From: a bacterium
GTDB lineage: Bacteria > SZUA-182 > DTGQ01 > JAFGSM01
NCBI GenBank assembly: GCA_049472355.1
Contig: JBLIRP010000037.1
Span: 1 to 34,590, forward strand
DNA length: 34,590 nucleotides
Reading direction: 5' to 3'
Positions 26,183 through 34,448 of this stretch are shown piece by piece (the stretch's first letter is position 1; each line of letters begins with the position of its first letter). Made by a program: the position numbers and the translations under genes. Under the pieces are notes generated by a model that was not told where the DNA came from, searched no databases, and saw only the letters and a list, made by a program, of their open reading frames with translations.

Positions 26183-27343
26183 TTAATTTTTCGATGTATG
26201 ACAGTAGAAACACCCCCTGTCGTCACTCAGCCCCCCCCCTCCGGCAATCTGTTCCGAATAGTCCCACCGGAGCATATCCGGATAGGGGCTTCCGTGGGGA
26301 CGGTGGCAGGACAGGCACATGACCATGTCCGAGCCCGGCGTCACCGTCGTCTCAGGCGTTGCATCCACCGTTTCCTGGGCCACCGGTGAAAGCGGATCGT
26401 AGAGATGAGAGTCCCCTCCGGCATTTGCGTATTCACCGGTTTCCGGAATAACGGCATCCGACGGGTGGCGTATCCAGTGATCCTTGTATACCTGCCCCCA
26501 AAAGGGATTATTCACATAGGCGCTTGAAAAAAATGCATGGCATCCGTTGCAGAAGCCGGATATGCCCCCCTTGTCCGAGCTCTGCAACCCGGAATGGGGA
26601 TCTGGGTCACCTGCATACCCATTGTGTGTTGCGGTGCCCGGGGAATGATCCGGATGGCCTGCCTCCCATAATCCATCCTCGTATCCCTTGACTCCGAAAT
26701 CGTCGGGTGAGTGGGCGGCTGCCAGAAAGCGGTACCATCCCTGTCCGGCACTGGTTACCAGGCCGGATTCACCATTAGTGTGGTCGCTGCTATGGTGTTT
26801 TACCCGTGTATGGCAACCCTCACACCCGTATTTCCCCCCGAGATCGTCGTTCTGGCCTGCACCCGGATAGGGCCTGCTGAGGTTTACATGGCAACTGTTC
26901 GTACAACTAACGGTCGCCCCGGGGGCATTACTTAAAAACGGATCATCCTCGTTTAAAAACACATTGTGCCCCTTGGTATCGTCACCCTCATTAACCCACC
27001 AGAAATTCCCCCCTGCCAGGAAATTTTCAGGGGCTGATCCGCCGGTATAAAGCACCACCGGGACCAGACATCCATCCGGCGCCATCTCATAATAGGTGGA
27101 GGATGTATCGGATGAATGACACCCCAGACAATCATTGCTCAGCAGGAAGGGATTCGGTCCGTTGGGATCCTCCTCCGTCCCGTTCTGGCTGTTGTGCATG
27201 GTATGGCAGTTGGCGCATCTCCCTGTAACCGCAGCCTGTATATGCGTGAAGAACGCTGCAATGAGGGATATGATAAGAAGCACATACACGACGGTTCGAC
27301 CCACATATCTCGTTCCTTGCCCTATCCATTCCCCCTTGATCAA
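26183..27343 (-). CDS. OmcS-like multiheme cytochrome (6 CXXCH plus CX3CH)
   Basis: TTG start with AGGAG 7 nt upstream; signal peptide; CANCHTMHNS, LAGGNFWWV..KGHNV, CTNSCH, CEGCH, CNGCH, RHPSD, CLSCHRPHGS, CFYCH. Confidence 0.9.
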   Translation of the reverse strand: MIKGEWIGQGTRYVGRTVVYVLLIISLIAAFFTHIQAAVTGRCANCHTMHNSQNGTEEDPNGPNPFLLSNDCLGCHSSDTSSTYYEMAPDGCLVPVVLYTGGSAPENFLAGGNFWWVNEGDDTKGHNVFLNEDDPFLSNAPGATVSCTNSCHVNLSRPYPGAGQNDDLGGKYGCEGCHTRVKHHSSDHTNGESGLVTSAGQGWYRFLAAAHSPDDFGVKGYEDGLWEAGHPDHSPGTATHNGYAGDPDPHSGLQSSDKGGISGFCNGCHAFFSSAYVNNPFWGQVYKDHWIRHPSDAVIPETGEYANAGGDSHLYDPLSPVAQETVDATPETTVTPGSDMVMCLSCHRPHGSPYPDMLRWDYSEQIAGGGGLSDDRGCFYCHTSKN

Positions 27344-27540
27344 GATTCGTCTCCTATGGTCCTGTTTGAAAAATCTGAATCCACATAACGGATGGTGTCC
27401 TTTTCAAATGCATTGCATGAAAAGGACAGGAAAAGGATCAGCACAAGGAAAACAGCAGGGGGGAAGAGACACACGTGTGAAAACCATCCGGCATGTGTAT
27501 GTTTTTTGATGTTGTCCCAAAAAGAAGGTGTCATTTTCAT
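27340..27540 (-). CDS. Small hypothetical membrane protein or lipoprotein (66 aa)
   Basis: Hydrophobic run AVFLVLILFLSFS-C; TGA overlaps the TTG of the next gene; no clear RBS. Confidence 0.3.
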   Translation of the reverse strand: MKMTPSFWDNIKKHTHAGWFSHVCLFPPAVFLVLILFLSFSCNAFEKDTIRYVDSDFSNRTIGDES

Positions 27541-27854
27541 TAAATTAAAATATCAGGCGTCTATTTGGTAAGAAAGAAAGGCCTCTGACAAATACCCCTT
27601 TTTCACTATGGTTGTGATCTAAAATGAACGTTTTTATGTCATACGGCGCAAGTATACCCACGAGAGGCCGATTGTACGGATAACCAAACAAGAACACGAG
27701 GCCCTCGGAAATGCTTGTGCGGATTGTGTAACAAAGGCCACGGCAAATGAGTATAATTATCTGTTTTTAAAAAATTTATTATGAATTTTTCTCTTCACTC
27801 CCAACGAAATTGTTCACGCCAATAATTTTAAATAGAGTAAAATTAAGAGACAAA

Positions 27855-27867
27855 TATCAATAAATTA
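27855..27867 (+). promoter_or_regulatory. IHF consensus site
   Basis: TATCAATAAATTA matches WATCAANNNNTTR; a chance match is possible in AT-rich DNA. Confidence 0.4.
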
Positions 27868-27951
27868 TATTTTTGTGGCATGTTTAGGTACATGGCATTT
27901 CCCACTCTTGTTACAATGCTCCTCGTGCAAAAAATATCAAATGAAATCATT

Positions 27952-27964
27952 TAACATATTGATA
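27952..27964 (-). promoter_or_regulatory. IHF consensus site
   Basis: Minus strand TATCAATATGTTA matches WATCAANNNNTTR. Confidence 0.4.
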
Positions 27965-28041
27965 TTTTTGATTTATATGATTTGAACCGCAAGGAAGAAT
28001 TGGGAATTCGAGGCATACAATTCTTACCCGTAATCAATAAG

Positions 28042-28057
28042 AGCAATTACTATGCCC
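28042..28057 (-). promoter_or_regulatory. Sigma-54 (-24/-12) promoter pointing into the cytochrome cluster
   Basis: Minus strand GGGCATAGTAATTGCT has GG-N10-GC with GGCA and TTGC cores; the cluster encodes a GAFTGA activator. Confidence 0.6.
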
Positions 28058-28254
28058 TGTTATTCAAGTGCATAAGCTTTTTTGAATAAAAATATTATGT
28101 TAAATAGGAAATCAAATTATTCATGGTCCTGGTACAAAGGCCGTTTCGTAAGGATAGCTGCCCGTTTGTGCGGTATTCCTTACATTTTCCATGTCTGTTA
28201 TCCGCAGCCACAAGGTCCCGATGTGGGGGGTATTGAAGGTCACTTTCAGGGGCG

Positions 28255-28405
28255 ATTCCTTTCAAGTGAAACATTCATGAGCCGGATGAAACTGCGAATG
28301 TCGAATGTAGAATGTCGAATGTAGAATGTAGAAGTGAAACGCAGATGAGACTTCGGCGCACAAGGAAGCATGAAAATCCTGGGGGATTTTCAGATGAAAA
28401 GGAAT
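28255..28405. repeat. MITE-like element with imperfect terminal inverted repeats
   Basis: Left attcctttcaagtgaaa versus reverse complement of right end attccttttcatctgaaa; internal hairpin tgaaaatcc-tggg-ggattttca (28371-28392); carries a heptamer array. Confidence 0.5.
28296..28330. repeat. Tandem heptamer repeat GAATGT(C/A) x5
   Basis: gaatgtc gaatgta gaatgtc gaatgta gaatgta, followed by degenerate gaagtga. Confidence 0.9.
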
Positions 28406-28747
28406 AGGGCCTTTCATCCCTCATGGAAAAAATTCCCCGTCACTTAAAGCGGATAAAGGTGTACTGAAAAAATTGGAAACGGTGAATACCCCGCTGACTG
28501 CCGCGGATATCAATTATTAACGCCGGCGAGCACTGTAGATGATGGCGTGTGATGCATCCATACTCACATATGGTGGCTGGTTGAGGAATTTATCGGATGG
28601 AGCACTGATAGTTTTTTTTGAATTGACCGATATAGATATATGTGGAACCAAATGTTCTATGGTTAATGCTTCTAAGAAGGGGGGCAAGCATATGGGATTT
28701 TGGAGTGACAAGCAGTTGGAGAGAGTGTTAAAAAAGGAGAGGGGACA

Positions 28748-29449
28748 ATGAAAAAGTCATTGGGTATTGTTGTAGCGTTATTGGTAGTTTTAGTATTTTG
28801 CACCGCCGCGGTTGCCGGGACCATCGGCAATCCGAATGCCACTGTTCAGAATCAGAAGTACGACTTTTCATTCGATACCGATTTAACGAACAGGGACATG
28901 GATATTGAGGGCGCAAGTGTTCACGAAATGGACAGCTCCCGTTTTCTGGTCAAGGGGACCTACGGTCTGGAAACCGGCAATATCCCCCTGAATCTGTATG
29001 CGAAACTCGGCATGGCGAATGCTGAAAGCGATGAGGCGGGGAGTGAATTTGATGGGGATTATGGAATGGCCTATCAACTGGGTATGAAGGCCACCGTATA
29101 TGAGAAGAGCAATATGCAGTGGGGAGTCGGGCTGCAATACCTCTCGTACACCACGGAGGAGTCAGTCCTTGGCGTAACTGCAGAGATGGATTGTTCGGAA
29201 ATGGACCTTTTTGCCGGTACAAGCTACCTGGGCCTTAACAAGGTAGTCCCCTACGGCGGCCTCCATTTTTCAATGGTTGATGGCGAAGTCAATGTTTTAG
29301 GAACCAAGGTTGGCGAATTTGAGGAGGCGGACAGCGTAGGCCTTTTCATGGGCGCGGACATGGGCCTTACTGATCAATTCAGGGGCGGCGCAGAGGTCAG
29401 ACTCGTGAGCGAGACCTCATTTTCATTGAATTTCAGCTACCTGTTTTAA
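28748..29449 (+). CDS. Small outer-membrane beta-barrel protein
   Basis: Purine-rich RBS (AAGGAGAGGGG), signal peptide ending AVA, amphipathic strands (VVPYGGLHFS, VGLFMGADM), C-terminal FSLNFSYLF. Confidence 0.88.
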   Translation: MKKSLGIVVALLVVLVFCTAAVAGTIGNPNATVQNQKYDFSFDTDLTNRDMDIEGASVHEMDSSRFLVKGTYGLETGNIPLNLYAKLGMANAESDEAGSEFDGDYGMAYQLGMKATVYEKSNMQWGVGLQYLSYTTEESVLGVTAEMDCSEMDLFAGTSYLGLNKVVPYGGLHFSMVDGEVNVLGTKVGEFEEADSVGLFMGADMGLTDQFRGGAEVRLVSETSFSLNFSYLF

Positions 29450-29507
29450 TTATTACATGAGCAGTTGCTTGACCCCCTTTCCTTTGTTGTACGTCTAAGA
29501 CGAAGCG

Positions 29508-29550
29508 AAAAAATGCTCCTTGGCAAGGATACGCCAGGGAGTTTTTTTTT
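29508..29550. terminator. Rho-independent terminator, probably bidirectional
   Basis: A6 tract, then stem ctccttggc / gccagggag (8-nt loop), then T9; lies between convergent genes. Confidence 0.85.
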
Positions 29551-29560
29551 GGCAGCCTTC

Positions 29561-30514
29561 TCAGGGGGCATCTGCGGCGGCGACCCCCGGCTCCACGATC
29601 ACCAGCCTTCCTTGATTACCATCCAGCGCTGCGCGTGCCCCGAGGGGGAGGGTGGCCTTGTGCGGGCCGTGTCCGAAGGGGACATTGACGATCACCGGCC
29701 TTTTCAGGGGAAGGAGTATCTCCTTCAGGATCTCCTCTACGGGGAACCGCTTGTCGGGATTGGCCGGCTTCGCATTGGTGAAGGCGCCCACGGCGATCCC
29801 GGCCGCATCGGAGAGCTTCCCTGCAAGCCTGAGCTGGGTGAGCATGCGGTCGATCTTGTAGTTGGGCTCGTCCGTGTCCTCGATGAGCAGGATTGCGCCC
29901 CTGGTGTCGATCTCGAAGGGGGTTCCCATGAGTGCGCAGATCAGGGAGAGGTTCCCGCCGGTCAGCATCCCTTCCGCATATCCGGGGCCGAGGCATTCTA
30001 TCGGGGGGGCGTTTGCAGGGGGGATGATTTCTCCAAGGGGCGCCGGCTGCGTGATGGCCCTCATGAGGAAGTCGCGGGTGAAACCCTCGAATCCGGGCTC
30101 GGTGAACTCCGTGACCGGCATGGGGCCATGAAAGGTGATGAACCGGGCCTTCTGGTTCAGCACGATGTGGAGCGCGGTGATGTCGCTGTATCCGAGAAAG
30201 ACCTTGGGATTTGCGGCAATGGTCTCCAGGTCGAGCAGATGGAGCAGCCTTGCTGCCCCGTCTCCGCCCCTCATGCAGAATATGCCCCGGATGGCGGGAT
30301 CGGCAAAGAACCGGTTGATCTCTTCCGCCCTGATATCGTCGCGTCCTGCGTAGTATCCCCGTTTTTCATAGCAGCATGTTCCCGTCACCACTCGAAGGCC
30401 CATCTCCTCGATCGCCTCCACCGCCTTGGCGATAGATTTTTTGTTCGGGCAGGGACCGGATGGCGCGATCATGCCGATGGTGTCCCCCTTCCGGAGCATT
30501 CGTACCGGTCTCAT
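29561..30514 (-). CDS. ldcA: LD-carboxypeptidase (peptidase S66, LdcA/MccF family)
   Basis: GDTIGMIAPSG, RGGDG, GYSDIT (Ser), LIED (Glu), FGHG (His), GGNLS; start at 30514 or 30544. Confidence 0.93.
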   Translation of the reverse strand: MRPVRMLRKGDTIGMIAPSGPCPNKKSIAKAVEAIEEMGLRVVTGTCCYEKRGYYAGRDDIRAEEINRFFADPAIRGIFCMRGGDGAARLLHLLDLETIAANPKVFLGYSDITALHIVLNQKARFITFHGPMPVTEFTEPGFEGFTRDFLMRAITQPAPLGEIIPPANAPPIECLGPGYAEGMLTGGNLSLICALMGTPFEIDTRGAILLIEDTDEPNYKIDRMLTQLRLAGKLSDAAGIAVGAFTNAKPANPDKRFPVEEILKEILLPLKRPVIVNVPFGHGPHKATLPLGARAALDGNQGRLVIVEPGVAAADAP

Positions 30515-30540
30515 ATGGTTTTTTTCTCTCCTTTTTTCTC

Positions 30541-31530
30541 TCATGTTCGCGCTGGGCCTTCCTGCAACGGGAAGTGACAGGAGAAGGACCGGTCTCCCTG
30601 CGTCACAAGGGCAGGGTCCTCCTTGCTGCACACGGCCCGTGCATAGGGGCAGCGGGTGTGGAATCGGCACCCCGAGGGGATGTTCACGGGACTGGGGATC
30701 TCCCCTGAGAGGATCTCCCTTTTCCGTCCCCTCATCCGGGGATCGGGCACCGGCACTGCTGCAATCAGGAATTTCGTGTAGGGATGCAGGGGCCGCTCGA
30801 AGATCTCATCCGTTGGGCCCAGCTCCATCGCCTTTCCCAGGAACATGACGCACACCCGGTCGGCGATCTGCCTCACCACGCCGAGGTCGTGGGTGATGAA
30901 CAGGTAGGTGAGCCTGAACATCTCCTGGAGGTCGTTGAGCAGGTTCAGGATCTGGGCCTGGACGGACACATCCAGCGCGGATACCGCCTCGTCGCACACG
31001 ATGAACTCCGGGTGCAGGGCCAGGGCCCTGGCTACCCCGATCCGCTGCCGCTGCCCGCCGCTGAACTGGTGGGGATAGCGCCCGAGGTCGTCATCCTTGA
31101 GACCTACGAGGTGCAAAAGCTCCCTGACCCGCCTGTCAAGCTCCGAAGGGCTCATCCGGTGGTGGGTGACCAGGGGCTCCGCCAGGATGTCCCGCACCCG
31201 CATCCGTGGATTCAGGGAGGCGAAGGGGTCCTGGAAGATGATCTGCATCCTCCTGCGCAGGTCGCGCATGGATGCCTCATCCAGGGTATGGATATCCGTG
31301 CCCCGAAACAGGACGCTTCCCGAGGTCTTCTCCTCGAGACGCAGGAGGAGCCTGCCCAGGGTGGTCTTCCCGCACCCCGATTCACCCACCAGGGCGAAGG
31401 TCTCCTGCTCGCGGATGGCGATGGACATCCCGTCCACCGCGTGGACGGCAAGTTTGGCTGTGCCGAAGAGGCCGCTCCTCACCGGGAAGTGTCTTTTCAG
31501 GTCCTGGGTCTCGATGAGCACCGTACTCAT
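30541..31530 (-). CDS. oppF: Oligo/dipeptide ABC transporter ATPase (OppF/DppF)
   Basis: GESGCGKT, FSGGQRQR, DEAVSALD, HPYT, SGCRFHTRCP. Confidence 0.95.
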   Translation of the reverse strand: MSTVLIETQDLKRHFPVRSGLFGTAKLAVHAVDGMSIAIREQETFALVGESGCGKTTLGRLLLRLEEKTSGSVLFRGTDIHTLDEASMRDLRRRMQIIFQDPFASLNPRMRVRDILAEPLVTHHRMSPSELDRRVRELLHLVGLKDDDLGRYPHQFSGGQRQRIGVARALALHPEFIVCDEAVSALDVSVQAQILNLLNDLQEMFRLTYLFITHDLGVVRQIADRVCVMFLGKAMELGPTDEIFERPLHPYTKFLIAAVPVPDPRMRGRKREILSGEIPSPVNIPSGCRFHTRCPYARAVCSKEDPALVTQGDRSFSCHFPLQEGPART

Positions 31531-32606
31531 ACACCATCCCCTTCACTGTCCCCGTCGCTTCGGTAGAGCCAGCAGCGCACCTCATGCCCTGGGCCGGCCC
31601 GAAAGAATCCGGGTTCCCGTTGGGAGCAGACCGGCATCGCCTTCCCGCACCGGGGATGAAAACGGCATCCCGCAGGGGGATGCATAAGGTCCGGGACCGC
31701 ACCCTCGATACCGGGCAGGCGATGCTTTTTCCCCTGTGCGGCCATACCGGGCATGGATCGCATGAGCCCCTGGGTATAGGGGTGGGCGGGGTGATCGAAC
31801 AGAGCGAATACATCCCCCTGTTCCATGATCCTTCCTGCGTACATGACGGAGACCTCGTCGCATACCTCGGCGATGACCCCCAGGTCATGGGTGATGAGGA
31901 GGATGGAGGTGCGGCTGCGTTCCCTGAGCCCCAGGAGAAGATCGAGGATCTGGGCCTGCACCGTGGTATCCAGGGCGGTGGTGGGTTCATCCGCGATGAG
32001 GAGCCTCGGCTCGCAGATGATCGCCATGGCGATCATCACCCGCTGTCGCAGGCCCCCTGAGAGCTGATGGGGATATGACCGGAGGCGGGATGCAGGCTCC
32101 GGTATGCCCACCAGATTGAAGACCTCGATGACCCGGTCGCGGATCTCCGCCCTGGTAAGGCATTCATGGATGCGGATCGCCTCCCCGACCTGGCGTCCGA
32201 CCGTGTACACCGGATTGAGCGAGGTCATGGGTTCCTGGAAGATCATGGCGATCTCCTTGCCCCGCACCGTACAGATCTCCGGATAGCCCAGCCGGGTGAG
32301 GTCCCGGTCGTCGAACATGACGGTTCCCCCGGCGATCCGTCCGGCAGGGGAGGGGATGAGCCCGAGTATGGACAGGGCGGTCATGCTCTTTCCGCACCCC
32401 GATTCACCCACCAGGCCCACGATCCTGCCCCGGTCGACCGTCAGAGAGACCCCGCCCACCGCGCGGACAGTCCCCCTCTTGAAGACAAAGTGGACCGAGA
32501 GGTCGCTGATCTCCAGGAGCCGGTCCCGGCAGTGACCGCTATCGGTCGCCTCGTTCCCATTCCCCTGCATTGTTTTGCCATCCGGCCCTGTCCGATTCCC
32601 CATCAC
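31527..32606 (-). CDS. oppD: Oligo/dipeptide ABC transporter ATPase (OppD/DppD)
   Basis: GESGCGKS, IFQEPMTSLNP, LSGGLRQR, DEPTTALD, GCRFHPRC; the true start may lie slightly downstream. Confidence 0.95.
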   Translation of the reverse strand: MMGNRTGPDGKTMQGNGNEATDSGHCRDRLLEISDLSVHFVFKRGTVRAVGGVSLTVDRGRIVGLVGESGCGKSMTALSILGLIPSPAGRIAGGTVMFDDRDLTRLGYPEICTVRGKEIAMIFQEPMTSLNPVYTVGRQVGEAIRIHECLTRAEIRDRVIEVFNLVGIPEPASRLRSYPHQLSGGLRQRVMIAMAIICEPRLLIADEPTTALDTTVQAQILDLLLGLRERSRTSILLITHDLGVIAEVCDEVSVMYAGRIMEQGDVFALFDHPAHPYTQGLMRSMPGMAAQGKKHRLPGIEGAVPDLMHPPAGCRFHPRCGKAMPVCSQREPGFFRAGPGHEVRCWLYRSDGDSEGDGV

Positions 32607-32607
32607 G

Positions 32608-33501
32608 CTATCCCTTCATGTACGGGTCGAGGGAATCCCGCAGGCCGTCCCCCATGAAGTTGAAGGCCATGACCGTGATCAGGATGGCCACCCCGGGGAT
32701 GATGGCGACCCATGGGGCGGAGAAGAGGTGTTCCTTGCCCCTGGACACCAGCAGTCCCCAGCTCGGGGTGGGGGGCTGTGCGCCCACCCCAAGAAAGCTC
32801 AGGCTCGCCTCGTACATGATGGCCTCGGGTATGCTCAAGGAAAAGAGGACAATGAGCGCGGGCAGGCAGTTGGGGAGGATGTGGCGGAGCATGATCCGGT
32901 GCCGCTTCACCCCGATCGCCCGGGCCGCCTCCACGAATTCCTTCTCCTTGAGGGACAGGGTCTGGGACCTGACCACCCGGGCGGGCCCTGCCCATCCCAC
33001 CAGGCTTATGGCAATGAACAGGTTGAAGAGGTTGGGACCGAGCGTGTACATCACCACCATGGCGAGGATCAGGGAGGGGAAGGCGAGCATGACGTCAGCG
33101 CAGCGCATGATGATGAAGTCGGTCGTTCCCCCGCAGTAGCCGCTCATGATGCCGAGCATCGCCCCGATGAGGATGGAGAAGAGGCTGGGAAGAAGCCCGA
33201 TCACCAGGGAGATCCTGGTGCCATAGATGATCCGGGAAAGCAGGTCCCTTCCGAACTTGTCCGTGCCGAGCAGGTGCCTGAGGGAGGGTGCAAGGAGCTG
33301 CCTGGTGAGGTCCATGGCATAGGGGTCGTGGGGGCTCAGCAGGGGGGCGAACACGGCGGCGATCACCAGGAGGAGCACGATCGCCAATCCAGCCGTGGCC
33401 ATACGGTTTTGGCGGAAGGTATCGATGATGTCCCGCAGGGGGCCCTCCGGCGCACCCTCCTCGGTGATATTCGATGTTGTGTTCAGGGTTGCGGCATCCA
33501 T
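32608..33501 (-). CDS. oppC: Oligo/dipeptide ABC transporter permease (OppC/DppC)
   Basis: LGTDKFGRD, EFVEAARAIG (EAA loop), LSFLGVG...PSWG, GDGLRDSLDP. Confidence 0.95.
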   Translation of the reverse strand: MDAATLNTTSNITEEGAPEGPLRDIIDTFRQNRMATAGLAIVLLLVIAAVFAPLLSPHDPYAMDLTRQLLAPSLRHLLGTDKFGRDLLSRIIYGTRISLVIGLLPSLFSILIGAMLGIMSGYCGGTTDFIIMRCADVMLAFPSLILAMVVMYTLGPNLFNLFIAISLVGWAGPARVVRSQTLSLKEKEFVEAARAIGVKRHRIMLRHILPNCLPALIVLFSLSIPEAIMYEASLSFLGVGAQPPTPSWGLLVSRGKEHLFSAPWVAIIPGVAILITVMAFNFMGDGLRDSLDPYMKG

Positions 33502-33514
33502 GGCGGTTGGGAGA

Positions 33515-34447
33515 TCATCCTCCCTTCATTTCGTAACGGATGCGGGGATCGAGCACCGAGTAGAGGAGGTCGGCGACCAGGTTCCCCAGGATCACCAGCA
33601 CCGTGGCAAAGAGCACCGCACCCTGGAGCAGGGGCATGTCGCGGCTCTGGATGGCGTCAATCGCGATCCTTCCGATGCCGGGGATGCCGAACACGCTCTC
33701 GGTGATCACCGCGCCGGAGAGCAGGCTCGCCACCTGGATGGCCATGATGGTCACCACCGGGAGCAGGGAATTCTTCAATGCATGGCCCACGATCACCGGG
33801 ACCTCCCGGAGCCCCTTGGCGCGGGCCGTGCGGATGTAGTCGTTCCGCATCACCTCGAGGAGGCTGGATCGGGTGAGGCGCGCGATCACGCCTGCCGAGT
33901 ACCAGCCCAGCACGATTGCGGGCATGATCACGTACTGCGGGCCGTAGAACCCCGCGACCGGGAGCCAGCCCAGCTTCAGGGCGAAGATGTACTGGAGGAG
34001 GAGTGCCGACCAGAATACCGGCATGGACACCCCGAGGAGGGAGAATCCCATGAAGAAGTGATCGATGAATGAGTACTGTTTCACCGCAGAGAGGATCCCC
34101 GCCGGTATCCCGATGATCCAGGAGAGGAGGGCGGCGGCGAGTGCCAGGATCAGGGTGTTGGGGAATGCCTGCATGATCAGGCTGCTCACCGGACGGTTGA
34201 GCTTGTAGGAGACCCCGAAGTCTCCCTGGATTGCCCCGCCGATGAACCGGAGGTAGCGGAGTGCCATCGGTTCGTCCAGGTGCATCTGATGCCTTACCCG
34301 CTCCACCACATCCGGGCTGATGTGCTCCTTCATCATGAGGGCGACCGGGTCACCGGGGATCACGTTCAGCATGAGAAAGAGGAGGAAGGTCACCCCGATG
34401 AGCACGGGTATGGAGAAGGCGGTCCGCTTCAGGATGTGGCTAAGCAT
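33515..34447 (-). CDS. oppB: Oligo/dipeptide ABC transporter permease (OppB/DppB)
   Basis: PGDP, GDFGVSY, DYIRTARAKGL, ESVFGIPGIG, LDPRIR. Confidence 0.95.
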   Translation of the reverse strand: MLSHILKRTAFSIPVLIGVTFLLFLMLNVIPGDPVALMMKEHISPDVVERVRHQMHLDEPMALRYLRFIGGAIQGDFGVSYKLNRPVSSLIMQAFPNTLILALAAALLSWIIGIPAGILSAVKQYSFIDHFFMGFSLLGVSMPVFWSALLLQYIFALKLGWLPVAGFYGPQYVIMPAIVLGWYSAGVIARLTRSSLLEVMRNDYIRTARAKGLREVPVIVGHALKNSLLPVVTIMAIQVASLLSGAVITESVFGIPGIGRIAIDAIQSRDMPLLQGAVLFATVLVILGNLVADLLYSVLDPRIRYEMKGG

Positions 34448-34448
34448 G

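Noticed and set aside
519..27509. Numerous plus-strand and alternate-frame ORFs in the ORF track (e.g. 1056-1706, 4421-5263, 21146-21844)
   Set aside because: Antisense shadows of well-supported minus-strand genes in GC-rich DNA; no recognisable motifs.
27580..27740. Short recurring motifs (aggcc, ttgt(g/a)cggat)
   Set aside because: Irregular spacing and short length; chance cannot be excluded.
25806..28030. GEMM-I (c-di-GMP/cGAMP) riboswitch expected by analogy with Geobacter omcS
   Set aside because: No GGCAAA..GAAA..GCAAA core was seen by eye in either leader; an Infernal scan would be needed to exclude it fully.
28296..28337. Repeat array as CRISPR
   Set aside because: 7-bp units with no spacers and no cas genes.
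28082..28751. ORFs 28082-28324, 28517-28711 and 28539-28751
   Set aside because: They run through regulatory or repeat DNA, lack a convincing RBS and show no protein motifs.
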